Below are positions 35,314 through 45,389 of a DNA stretch of 64,000 nucleotides, in pieces; positions within the stretch are counted from its first letter, which is position 1; every line of letters begins with the position of its first letter. The stretch lies in contig CAVYSY010000039.1 in the NCBI GenBank assembly GCA_963771175.1, forward strand, positions 320,001 to 384,000, written 5' to 3'. A program made the translations under genes and the position numbers. This DNA comes from an uncultured delta proteobacterium. GTDB lineage: Bacteria; Myxococcota; Myxococcia; Myxococcales; Myxococcaceae. Under the pieces are notes generated by a model. The model was given only the letters and a program-made list of their open reading frames with translations. It had not been told where the DNA came from and made no database searches.

Positions 35314-36635
35314 ATGGCCGACAACCTCAAGATCACCGGGGACGGGACGAGAACGTCGACGAGTTCGGCCGCGGCACTCCGAGAAGCTGCAGACGTTGGC
35401 TCGCGGACTCGTGTCCAGCCTCTACATGCTGATCCGCTCGGTGAAGATGTACGACCCGGACAACGCGGTCTTCGAGAAGCCGCTGACTCCAGCTCCAGGA
35501 GCACCATCAACCAGATCATCTCCAAGGAGGGCCGGCTCGAGCTGGTGGGCGTCAAGGACTCGTTCTACCTCAACAACATGCTGGTGAAGGTGGACCTGAA
35601 CTCGCATCGACAACATGCGCTACCTGCTCGAGGAGATGCGCGGCCAAGGACGTGGGCGGCATTCACGCTGCTCAAGCCCGTCACGGTGCCGGAGCTGAAG
35701 AACTTCATCTGGATCTTCAGCAAGGAGCAGTCGACGGCGGCCGAGGAGGACGGGCTGGCGGGCCGCAAGCTGCTCAACATGAAGGTCGCCAAGTGGTCCA
35801 AGCTCAGGGAGAAGCTGGACAAGGACGAGCTGGAGAACCCGGACGAGCAGAAGGTCGACCGCAAGAAGTACGCGATGACCGTCTACGCCCGCGCGGTGTT
35901 CTTCCTCGCCAAGTACCTGGAGTCGGTGCGCGCGGGCAAGCCGATGAGCACCGCCAAGGCGCTGCGCATGGTGCAGGACTTCGTGGACATCTCCTTCGAG
36001 CAGAAGACGCACTTCCTCGGCATGACCACGATGAAGCAGCGAGGCGGAGTACCTCGTCTACCACCAGGTGAACGTCTGCCTGATGACCATCGTGTTCGGC
36101 GCGGAGCTGGGGCTGACCAAGCCGCAGCTGCGCGACCTGGGCTACATCGCCCTCTTCCACGACGCGGGCATGGCGACCATCCCGGAGGAGCTCGCCACCA
36201 AGCGCGGGGCGCTCAGCGCCGAGGAGAAGGCCGCTCATCCAGAAGGCGCCGCTCGTCTCGGTGCGCAACATCCTGCATGGAGAAGGGCTTCACGCCGCTC
36301 GACGCTGCTGCGGGTGGTGACGACGTTCGAGCACAAGGCGGACTTCGGCACCGCGGTGCGCGACGCCCGGGGCAACATCCAGATGATCATCCCGAAGACG
36401 AACCTCGGGGTGTACGCGAAGATCATCGCCATCTGCGACGCGTACGACGCGCTGACCTCGAAGCGGCCCTTCCGCGACGCCTACGGCCCCGAGGTGGCGC
36501 TGATGCTGATGTGGACCGAGATGCGCCACAAGTTCGACCCGGAGCTGCTCAAGGTCTTCATGCGGGTGATGGCGATCCAGCCGGTGAAGGTGCTCACCCG
36601 GCGGCAGCAGATCGATGACGCTCGGCGGGATCTAA
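35314..36635 (+). CDS. HD-GYP-like protein with degenerate GYP motif (frameshifted)
   Basis: HQVNV, LFHDAGM, AKIIAICDAYDALTSKRPF, KFDPELLKVF. No HHExxDGxGYP motif. Confidence 0.85.
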
Positions 36636-36745
36636 CCCCGCTCACCTGGAGAGCACCCGGCCTGACAGGCCCCAGGCCCCCGGATGCGCCCCTCGCCTCG
36701 CATCCCAGACAGACGCATCCCATCGTTCCCGCGAGGGAGCACACG

Positions 36746-37147
36746 ATGGAATTCGTCGGGCTCGTAACCCTGGCCGTGCGCTTCTTCGAGGCGGCGGGCG
36801 TGGGGGTGATGGTGGGAGGCGCCGTGTTCTCCGTGGTCATGGTCGGCGTGCGCGAACTCCGCAAGTCGCCACAGGAGGCCTACCGCGCGCTCCGGAATCG
36901 ACTTGGCGCTGCCATCCTCCTGGGGCTCGAGCTGCTCGTCGCAGCCGACATCATCCGCACCGTCGCCGAGGCGCCCACCCTTGAGAAGGTGATCGTGCTC
37001 GGACTCATCGTCCTCATCCGGACCTTCCTCAGCTTCACGCTCGAAGTGGAGCTCGAGGGGCGCTGGCCCTGGCAGCACGCACGGCCCCCCCAGCACAAGC
37101 GACTCCCGGAGGAGGAGGGAGGCAAGGCCGATCGGCCGCATCATTGA
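36746..37147 (+). CDS. DUF1622 membrane protein
   Basis: YRALRNRLGAAILLGLELLVAADIIRTV...LGLIVLIRTFLSFTLEVELEGRWPW. Confidence 0.9.
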   Translation: MEFVGLVTLAVRFFEAAGVGVMVGGAVFSVVMVGVRELRKSPQEAYRALRNRLGAAILLGLELLVAADIIRTVAEAPTLEKVIVLGLIVLIRTFLSFTLEVELEGRWPWQHARPPQHKRLPEEEGGKADRPHH

Positions 37148-37236
37148 GCGCCTGCCCGCCCGTCCCCTCCTCCCTCGCGAGCAGGTGCAACCCCGCGGAG
37201 CGGCTCCCCACCTTCTGTCACGCCAAGGAGCCTGAC

Positions 37237-37809
37237 ATGAAGACGCTGACACGATGGGTGATGTGTACGTGTCTCCTGGGGAGCGGGGCCGCGCTGGCCG
37301 AGGGGCCCTACTACCTGCTGGGAGGCGGGGTGGAAGGATATACCGGCGCGCTCGCGTCCTCGGTGCAGCCCGGCGTCTCCTATGGAGCCGTGGTGGGCTA
37401 CAGGCTGCCCTTCGTCGGCCTCGAGCTGGGCTACAGCGGAGCCACCAGCGAGCTCGACGAGGGCACCGTCGGGGTGGAGCAGGCCAATGGAGCGGACATG
37501 GTGCGCAACGGCGGCCAGATCGCGGCCACGATTGGCATCACCTCCACGAGGGTCCAGCCCTACCTGTTGGGAGGCATCGGCATCGAGGGGTACCAGGTGA
37601 GCGGAGACGAGCTGGGAGGCTTCGAGAACGACACCAACGGGTACGTCCCCACGGGCCTGGGCGTGCGCTACCAGTTCGGCGAGGTCTTCGCCGCCGATGC
37701 GCGGGCGACCTACAACTTCGCCTTCGACCGGGAGTTCGCCCCGGTGCCAGCGGACGAGCTCTCCGACTCGCGATACCAGTTCCTGCTGCAGCTCGGCGGC
37801 AGCTATTGA
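37237..37809 (+). CDS. Small outer-membrane beta-barrel protein
   Basis: Signal peptide, alternating beta strands (VQPYLLGGIG, GLGVRY), terminal Y, AAGGAG RBS. Confidence 0.8.
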   Translation: MKTLTRWVMCTCLLGSGAALAEGPYYLLGGGVEGYTGALASSVQPGVSYGAVVGYRLPFVGLELGYSGATSELDEGTVGVEQANGADMVRNGGQIAATIGITSTRVQPYLLGGIGIEGYQVSGDELGGFENDTNGYVPTGLGVRYQFGEVFAADARATYNFAFDREFAPVPADELSDSRYQFLLQLGGSY

Positions 37810-37824
37810 GCCCGAGGCGGGCCG

Positions 37825-38772
37825 TTACCGGCCGCGCAGCACCTTCAGCGCCGCGGTGAAGTCCGGAGGCAGCGGCGCCTCCACGTGCAGCACCTTGCCG
37901 GTGCGCGGGTGCGGGAAGGACAGCCTCCAGGCGTGCAGCGCCTGGCGGCCCAGCACCTCCTGCGCCTCCACCGCGAGCCCCTTCGCCTTGCGGCCCGCGC
38001 CGTACAGCGTGTCGCACAGCAGCGGGTGGCCGGCCTCGGCCAGGTGCACGCGGATCTGATGCGTGCGCCCGGTGAGCAGGTCCACCTCCACCAGCGCGGC
38101 GCCCTCGAACTGCTCGCGCACGCGGTAGACGGTGATGGCCGGCTTGCCCTCCTTCACCTTGCCGGTGAAGCGCTGGCGGTGCACCGGGTGGCGGCCGTAG
38201 AGCGTCTCGATGCGCCCCTCGGCCTGCTTCGGCTGCCCGTGCACCAGGGCGAGGTACGTCTTCTCCACCACGCGCGTCTTGAAGGACTTCTGCAGCGCCA
38301 CCAGGGCCGGCTCGTGCTTGGCCACCACCAGGCAGCCCGTGGTGTCCTTGTCCAGCCGGTGGACGATGCCCGGGCGCAGCTCGCCGCCCACGCCGGCCAG
38401 ATCCTTCACCCGGTGCAGCAGCGCGTTGACCAGCGTCCCCGACGCATGGCCCGCTCCCGGGTGCACCACCATCCCCGCCGCCTTGTCCACCACCACGAGG
38501 TCCCGGTCCTCGTGCAGCACCGCGAGCGGCAGCTCCTCGGCCACCGGGAGGGCCGGCACGGGAGCGGGAATCTGGAGGGAGAGGCGCTCGCCGCCCTTCA
38601 GGCGCTGGGCGGCCTTCGCGGGCTTGCCGTCGACCTGGACGTGACCGGCCTCGATGAGGCCCTGGATGCGCGAGCGCGTGAGGTCCGGGAAGACGCGCGC
38701 GAGGTGCTGATCCAACCGCTCGCCCCGGGCCTCGGGCGGGGCACGGTGCTCGCGCGCGTCGGGGGCTACCAA
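37825..38772 (-). CDS. rluD: RluA/RluD pseudouridine synthase (agmF-like position)
   Basis: S4 domain RLDQHLA, GIVHRLDKDTTG, TGRTHQIRVH, QALHA. Confidence 0.95.
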   Translation of the reverse strand: MVAPDAREHRAPPEARGERLDQHLARVFPDLTRSRIQGLIEAGHVQVDGKPAKAAQRLKGGERLSLQIPAPVPALPVAEELPLAVLHEDRDLVVVDKAAGMVVHPGAGHASGTLVNALLHRVKDLAGVGGELRPGIVHRLDKDTTGCLVVAKHEPALVALQKSFKTRVVEKTYLALVHGQPKQAEGRIETLYGRHPVHRQRFTGKVKEGKPAITVYRVREQFEGAALVEVDLLTGRTHQIRVHLAEAGHPLLCDTLYGAGRKAKGLAVEAQEVLGRQALHAWRLSFPHPRTGKVLHVEAPLPPDFTAALKVLRGR

Positions 38773-39029
38773 ATCTTCGACTTCACGTGCGCCTTGGAGC
38801 GCAGGACGATGTCGTTGACGGCCCGCTCGAAGAAGTTCATCTTCGTGAAGATCTCGGGGCTGACGCGGCTCTTGTAGAGCTCACGACCCTCCTCGAGCTC
38901 CTCCTTGAGGACCTCGAAGAGGTTGTCCTGCTCGATGCCCTTGATGATCTTCTGCTCGTTGTAGAGCGAGATGTCCGAGGCGATCGCGCGGGCCAGCCGC
39001 ATGGCCTTGATCTTTTCTTCTTCAGTCAT
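38766..39029 (-). CDS. romX: RomX, partner of RomR in the MglA GEF polarity complex
   Basis: 87-aa helical protein AMRLARAIASDISLYN...LEEGRELYKSRV directly upstream of rluD. Sequence and context match RomX as I recall it. Confidence 0.82.
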   Translation of the reverse strand: MTEEEKIKAMRLARAIASDISLYNEQKIIKGIEQDNLFEVLKEELEEGRELYKSRVSPEIFTKMNFFERAVNDIVLRSKAHVKSKIW

Positions 39030-39037
39030 CCTGCACC

Positions 39038-39066
39038 TTTCTAAGCAGCACCCCCGGGGGTGTCAA
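39038..39066 (-). promoter_or_regulatory. Sigma70-type promoter immediately upstream of romX
   Basis: Minus strand TTGACA-N17-TAGAAA. The -10 box ends 8 nt before the ATG. Confidence 0.65.
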
Positions 39067-39109
39067 CTTCGCTGATACGCGAAGAGCACCCCCCTGGACG
39101 CCTCCAGAC

Positions 39110-40297
39110 TCAGCGGCGTTTCTTCTCGCCAGACGAGACGAGCGACATGTAGCTGCGCGACACCCGGAGCGGATCCAGCCCCAGCTCGCGCGCGATGCTC
39201 ATCAGCATGCCGCGCAGGTAGACGGCGGCGGGGAGGCCGTCGTAGCGGTCCGCCTCGATGTTCTCCACGTGCCGGGACGAGATGCGCGTCCGGTCCGCGA
39301 GCATCTGCAGCGACAGGCCACGGCCCTCGCGCACCTGGCGCAGCAGCTCGCCGTTGAACTCGGCATCCGACGGGATGTCGACGACCGTCTTGAGCCGGGT
39401 GCGCGAGTCGCGGGCCTTCCCCGCCACCTGGGCGAGCGCCGACTCGGCGGTGGCGATGGCCGAGGCCTGGGCCAGCACGGGAGCCTCGCCGAGCTGCTGC
39501 CCGGCGCTCGGGCGAAGAGGCCCCCTGCCCCGCTCCTGCGAGAGTGGAGGAGGCGTGCCGTTGGCGGCCTCGGACTCGGGGCGACGGTGGATCTCGGCCG
39601 CGGAGCGCAACGGAGGCCGGAGCCCATTGCGCGAGGGCAGCGGGGGCGGCACGGCCGTGCCAGGGCGCGACAGGGGCGCCGAGGGCCGGGCATGGCGGCT
39701 CACCCCCCTCGGAAGGCCAGGCGTCGCCGGAGGGGTCACCGGGGCGGCGGCGACCGGCTCGGGCACGGCCTCCGGCGCCACTTCGGCGGCCTCCACCGTC
39801 TCGACCAATTCAACCGCTTCCACGGTGTCGTCCGGCTGCGACGGGACCTCCGGGGGCCGCGCCTCGACCGCGGGCGCATCCTTCGGGGCGGACTTCACCT
39901 CGATGGCCGGCGGCTGAGCCGGGGCGACCTCCACCGGAGCCCGAGGCTCCCCTTCCCCGCTCGCGGACTTCGGCTCGGAGCTGGCTTCGGCCACGCGCTT
40001 CAGTCCCTCCGCGCGCAGACGGGCCACCTCCTCGTCCGACCGCGTCATGCCGATCGACCGATCGTACTCGAGACGCTTGTCCAGCTCGGACAAGGTCTCC
40101 ATGGCCCGCGTGAGCTGCTGGCGCAGGGCCTCGAGCTGCTCCGGATCCGCCAGGGTGTACACGGCGATGGAGTCGGGCGAGTACGTCTCCATCGCGCGCG
40201 CGTAGGCGTCGAGGATTTGATCCTCGGAAGCGGAGGGCGAAATCTCCAGGAGCTCGTAATAGGACTGCTGCTCGAAGTGCTTCATGGTGGAGCTCAT
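39110..40297 (-). CDS. Degenerate J-domain + Pro-rich linker + XRE/HTH_25 (RodZ-type HTH) protein
   Basis: YYELLEISPSAS...YSPD (HPD replaced by SPD). C-terminal GELLRQVREGRGLSL...TRIS...IEADRYDGLPAAVYLRG. Confidence 0.85.
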   Translation of the reverse strand: MSSTMKHFEQQSYYELLEISPSASEDQILDAYARAMETYSPDSIAVYTLADPEQLEALRQQLTRAMETLSELDKRLEYDRSIGMTRSDEEVARLRAEGLKRVAEASSEPKSASGEGEPRAPVEVAPAQPPAIEVKSAPKDAPAVEARPPEVPSQPDDTVEAVELVETVEAAEVAPEAVPEPVAAAPVTPPATPGLPRGVSRHARPSAPLSRPGTAVPPPLPSRNGLRPPLRSAAEIHRRPESEAANGTPPPLSQERGRGPLRPSAGQQLGEAPVLAQASAIATAESALAQVAGKARDSRTRLKTVVDIPSDAEFNGELLRQVREGRGLSLQMLADRTRISSRHVENIEADRYDGLPAAVYLRGMLMSIARELGLDPLRVSRSYMSLVSSGEKKRR

Positions 40298-41307
40298 CCC
40301 GTTACCCCATCGAGCGCCAGCAAGCGATCGGCGATGCCCTGCAGACCGATGGCGGCCGGAGAGTCGGGCCGTTCGAGGATGATGGGCCGTCGCTTGCGCA
40401 CCGCGCGCCAGGCCTCGTCGTCGTAGCGGATGGCCCCGAGATCATCCATCTCCAGGCCGAAGAACTTCTTCCACGCGGACACCACGGCGGAGCCCACGTT
40501 CAAATCGCCCTCGGAGCGCGCCTGGTTGAGCACCAGCTTCACGCGGAAGGTGGCCAGCTCCTTCTCGAGCCGATCGGCGAGCACGGGGTTCTGCTGACGT
40601 ACGTGCTGGATGATCTGATACGGCGTGCGCGCGGCGCCCTCTCGGGTGGACAGGGCGTTCTCCACCAGCCGCTCGATGCCGTACTGCGCCTCCACCTGCT
40701 GGAGCCGCCGGTAGAAGGCGGCCTTGACGAAGCGGTAGGCGTTCTCCACGGAGGTGGGCTCGGGCAGCAGCACCAGCAAGCAGTGGTCGGCGATGATGAA
40801 GAAGTCGAGCGTGTTGAAGCTGGAGCCCGCGCCCAGGTCGAGGATCAGGTAGTCCACCGACTGGGTCTGCAGGCCGCGCAGCAATCGCTGCTTCTGGGCG
40901 TACTTGATGTTGGCCGCGTCCAGCACGTCCAACGCGCCGGCGATCAGCGACAGGTTGGGCACACCGGTGGGCACGATGACGTCCTCCAGCCGCGCCTTGG
41001 GGCGCAACATGAAGTCCGACAGCGTGGCCGTGGGCTGGCCGACACCGAGACAGGTGTGGAGGTTGGCGCCACCCAGGTCCGCATCCACCAGCAGCACGCG
41101 TTGACCGCGATGGGCCAGCGCGACGCCGAGGTTGGAGGAGACGAGTGACTTGCCGATGCCGCCCTTCCCACCTCCCACCGCGATGATGCGGTGGGGGCGG
41201 GTCCGTGCACCGAGCCCCTGAGAATCGGGGTCCGGGCGCACGGCCCCGCCCGAGGACTGCGCGGGCGGGGACGAACGAGCGGGTTGCGACGCGGAGGAGG
41301 GGTGCAC
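40294..41307 (-). CDS. MinD/FlhG-like P-loop ATPase (start uncertain)
   Basis: Deviant Walker A GGKGGIGKS, VDADLGGANL, LILDLGAG, PEPTSVENAY, IRYD. The stop overlaps the next ATG. Confidence 0.9.
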   Translation of the reverse strand: MHPSSASQPARSSPPAQSSGGAVRPDPDSQGLGARTRPHRIIAVGGGKGGIGKSLVSSNLGVALAHRGQRVLLVDADLGGANLHTCLGVGQPTATLSDFMLRPKARLEDVIVPTGVPNLSLIAGALDVLDAANIKYAQKQRLLRGLQTQSVDYLILDLGAGSSFNTLDFFIIADHCLLVLLPEPTSVENAYRFVKAAFYRRLQQVEAQYGIERLVENALSTREGAARTPYQIIQHVRQQNPVLADRLEKELATFRVKLVLNQARSEGDLNVGSAVVSAWKKFFGLEMDDLGAIRYDDEAWRAVRKRRPIILERPDSPAAIGLQGIADRLLALDGVTG

Positions 41308-41366
41308 GGGATTCAAGGCACCCGTATCAAAACCTGTCCCGCGCTCCGCGTCGACTCCCTGGCCAA

Positions 41367-43142
41367 CTAGTTGATGATCACCCGGCAGGTGCAAGACGTG
41401 GTGCCATCGCAGGTCACACCCGCCGAGTTGCGGCAGGAGAGGCCCGAGCAGCAGCCCACCGTGGGCGAGCACGCCTGGCCGCTCGACGAGCAGGTGGACC
41501 CGGGCTGGCAGGAGCCCACGGTGCTACCCAGCGGCACGTCGCAGCGCAGGCCCGAGCAGCAATCCGCGTTGGTCACGCACAGACCGCTCTGCGACTGACA
41601 CACGGCGGGGGCGACGCACTTGTTGCCGGAGCAGATGCCCGAGCAGCACTGCGAGCCGGCCGTGCACGCCGAGTCGTTGGCCGAGCAGGTGCCGCCGCCC
41701 GAGCCGGCATCCGTCGTACCGCCCGTCCCTGCGTCCGCCGTGCCAGCGTCCGTGGCGGGCGGGGGCGGGGTGTAGATGGACTGGCAGGCCTTCGTCAGCT
41801 CGGAGCTGGCGCGGCACTCGGTGCCGGCGCAGCAGGCGACGCCCGCGTCCGTGTCACAGCGCGTCCCCACCGGCGAGCACGTCCCGCCCGTGCCACCGTC
41901 CGAGGTGCTCCCCCCACCGCCGGGGACCTGGCACTTCAGGGCGCCGGTCGAGTCCGGCAGACACAGGGAGCCGTTGCAGCACTGGTCGGAGAACTGGCAG
42001 GTGTTGTTCGCCTGGATGCAGCAGCTCGGGTTGTTGGCCTCGTAGCCGTTGGGGCAGCCCGCGATGCCACCACCGCCGAAGCAGCGCGGCACACCGGAGG
42101 TGTCCACCTTGCAGACGGCCTTCTGGCCGTCGCAGCAGTTCTGCGAGGCGTTGATGCTGAGGACGCCGCCGTCCGGCAGCTTGCCCGCGCCGCAGATGTT
42201 GCCCGTACCGTTGCAGCTGTTGCCGTTGTCGCAGCGGCCCCCGGCGCAGGTGACGTTGCTGGGGGCGATGGAGCCGCAGCAGGTGGCGTCGCTGGTGCAG
42301 TAGTTGCCCGTCAGCTTGCAGCCGCCCACCGGCTGGCAGATGGTCGTGCCGTAGCCGAGGTCCACGCAGGTGCGCGAGCAGCAGCCGGTGCCGCCGGAGC
42401 ACGGGTTGCCGTCCTGGGTGCAGCCACCACCGCCACCGCCGGTGATGGTCTGGCAGCGGCCGACGCCGCCGTTCGTCGCCGAGCAGGAGTTGCCGCAGCA
42501 CTCGGCGTCGCGGGTGCAGATGTCGCCGTTGGCGTTGCAGGTCCAGGCGCGAGCGCAGACGCCGTTCTGGCAGTTCTTCGAGCAGCATTCGGCACCGCTC
42601 GCGCAGGCCTGGCCGAGCACCTCGCACGTGGCCGAGGTGTCCGCGAGCTGGGCGCACGTGCCATTCGTGCACGTCTTCGTGCAGCACTGCTCGGGGGTGG
42701 AGCAGGAGCCGCCCACGTCGAGGCACTGGGTGGAGCTGCACTTGCCGCCGTTGCACACGTTGCTGCAGCAATCGGTGCCGACGCCGCAGGTCTCCCCGGC
42801 GCTGCGGCACAGGTTGTTGGGCTCGGGACACACGCCATCCAGGCCGCACACGCCCGTACAGCACGCGGCGCCCACCTGGCGATCACACAGCGCTCCCGCG
42901 GCCACGCAATAGGAGCCCGGCCCGCCATCCAGCCCGACGCCGCTGGTCCCGCCATCCGGCAGGTTCCCGGACACGCCGCCGTCCGGCTCGGGCGGCAACT
43001 GTCCCCCGGCATCCTGGCCGGCATCCTGACCGGTCTCGGTCCCGGCGTCGCCAGGGTCAACAGGGTCGGGATCACAGTTACATCCCACGATACTGATGGC
43101 GACCGCCAGGGCCCCCATCAGCAACCAACGATTTGTCCGCAT
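41367..43142 (-). CDS. Cysteine-rich repeat lipoprotein, 591 aa
   Basis: Lipobox IVGC, DAG/DGG linkers, many C-x6-C-x5-CC-x3-C modules. Confidence 0.88.
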   Translation of the reverse strand: MRTNRWLLMGALAVAISIVGCNCDPDPVDPGDAGTETGQDAGQDAGGQLPPEPDGGVSGNLPDGGTSGVGLDGGPGSYCVAAGALCDRQVGAACCTGVCGLDGVCPEPNNLCRSAGETCGVGTDCCSNVCNGGKCSSTQCLDVGGSCSTPEQCCTKTCTNGTCAQLADTSATCEVLGQACASGAECCSKNCQNGVCARAWTCNANGDICTRDAECCGNSCSATNGGVGRCQTITGGGGGGCTQDGNPCSGGTGCCSRTCVDLGYGTTICQPVGGCKLTGNYCTSDATCCGSIAPSNVTCAGGRCDNGNSCNGTGNICGAGKLPDGGVLSINASQNCCDGQKAVCKVDTSGVPRCFGGGGIAGCPNGYEANNPSCCIQANNTCQFSDQCCNGSLCLPDSTGALKCQVPGGGGSTSDGGTGGTCSPVGTRCDTDAGVACCAGTECRASSELTKACQSIYTPPPPATDAGTADAGTGGTTDAGSGGGTCSANDSACTAGSQCCSGICSGNKCVAPAVCQSQSGLCVTNADCCSGLRCDVPLGSTVGSCQPGSTCSSSGQACSPTVGCCSGLSCRNSAGVTCDGTTSCTCRVIIN

Positions 43143-43190
43143 ACGAGTGACTCCCTCTCAGGTGACGGGAAGACCCAGGCTCACTTTTTG

Positions 43191-43206
43191 AGCGAGGGCC
43201 CGGCCA
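43191..43206 (-). promoter_or_regulatory. Possible sigma54 promoter for the Cys-rich lipoprotein
   Basis: Minus strand TGGCCGG-GCCC-TCGCT, GG-N10-GC, about 48 nt upstream of the ATG. Imperfect match. Confidence 0.4.
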
Positions 43207-43318
43207 CGACGACACACATGGCGATTGTCCACGTGTCGAGGGGACCCGTCGAGAGGCCTGACGACCACTCTTTACAGGCCTTCTACAAAGGTACAGCCCC
43301 GAGGGAGGCGGCGGAGCG

Positions 43319-43919
43319 TCAGTCGTCGAGCAGCTCGACGTTCCAGTACGAGGCGTCGGCGAGGTTGAGGAACGGCAGCCACTCGCGGTAGGTGACGCGC
43401 CGGGAGGCGCCGCGGAACAGCGGGCGTCCAGCGGGGCGCACCGGCTTCTTGAGGAGCTTCATGCTCGGCCTGCTCCGGCGTGCGGCCGCCCTTGCGCAGG
43501 TTGCAGGGCACGCACGAGCAGACCACGTTCTCCCAGCTGGTCTTGCCGCCCTGCGAGCGCGGCAGCGACGTGGTCCAGGTTCAGCTCCGCGCGCGGCAGC
43601 TGCCGGCCGCAGTACTGGCAGGTGTCGTGGTCGCGCGCGTAGATGTTGAGGCGGGAGAAGCGCACCCGGCCCCGGGCAGGTACTCGTAGGCGGAGAGCAC
43701 CACCACCCGCGGCACGCGGATGGGCCGGTTGATGGTGGTGATGCAGTCGTGGCTGGCGGCGCTCAGCGCCGCCCAGTCGGCGAACTCGTAGAGCCGGTAC
43801 TGCTCGTCGATGGCCTTGGCCACGCCCAGGTAGAGCAGCGAGAAGGCGCGCTTCACCGAGGTGACGTGCACCGGCTGGTAGTTGCGGTTGAGGACCAGCA
43901 CGGCGCTGTTCAACATCAT
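43319..43919 (-). CDS. HNH endonuclease family protein (frameshifted)
   Basis: [57 protein letters not shown]. Confidence 0.9.
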
Positions 43920-43945
43920 GGCTGCCTTCCCTGTGAGGCCGACCC

Positions 43946-45320
<1,375 letters not shown>

Positions 45321-45389
45321 GACCAGAAGTGTAAGGGAGCGGGGGCGCCCGCGCCAGCCAACTCCCCTGCCCTTCGGACGGATTCGGGA

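Noticed and set aside
43319..43919. HNH gene as a mobile homing endonuclease or defence island marker
   Set aside because: No intron, transposase, methylase or compositional shift; resembles the widespread stand-alone chromosomal HNH family.
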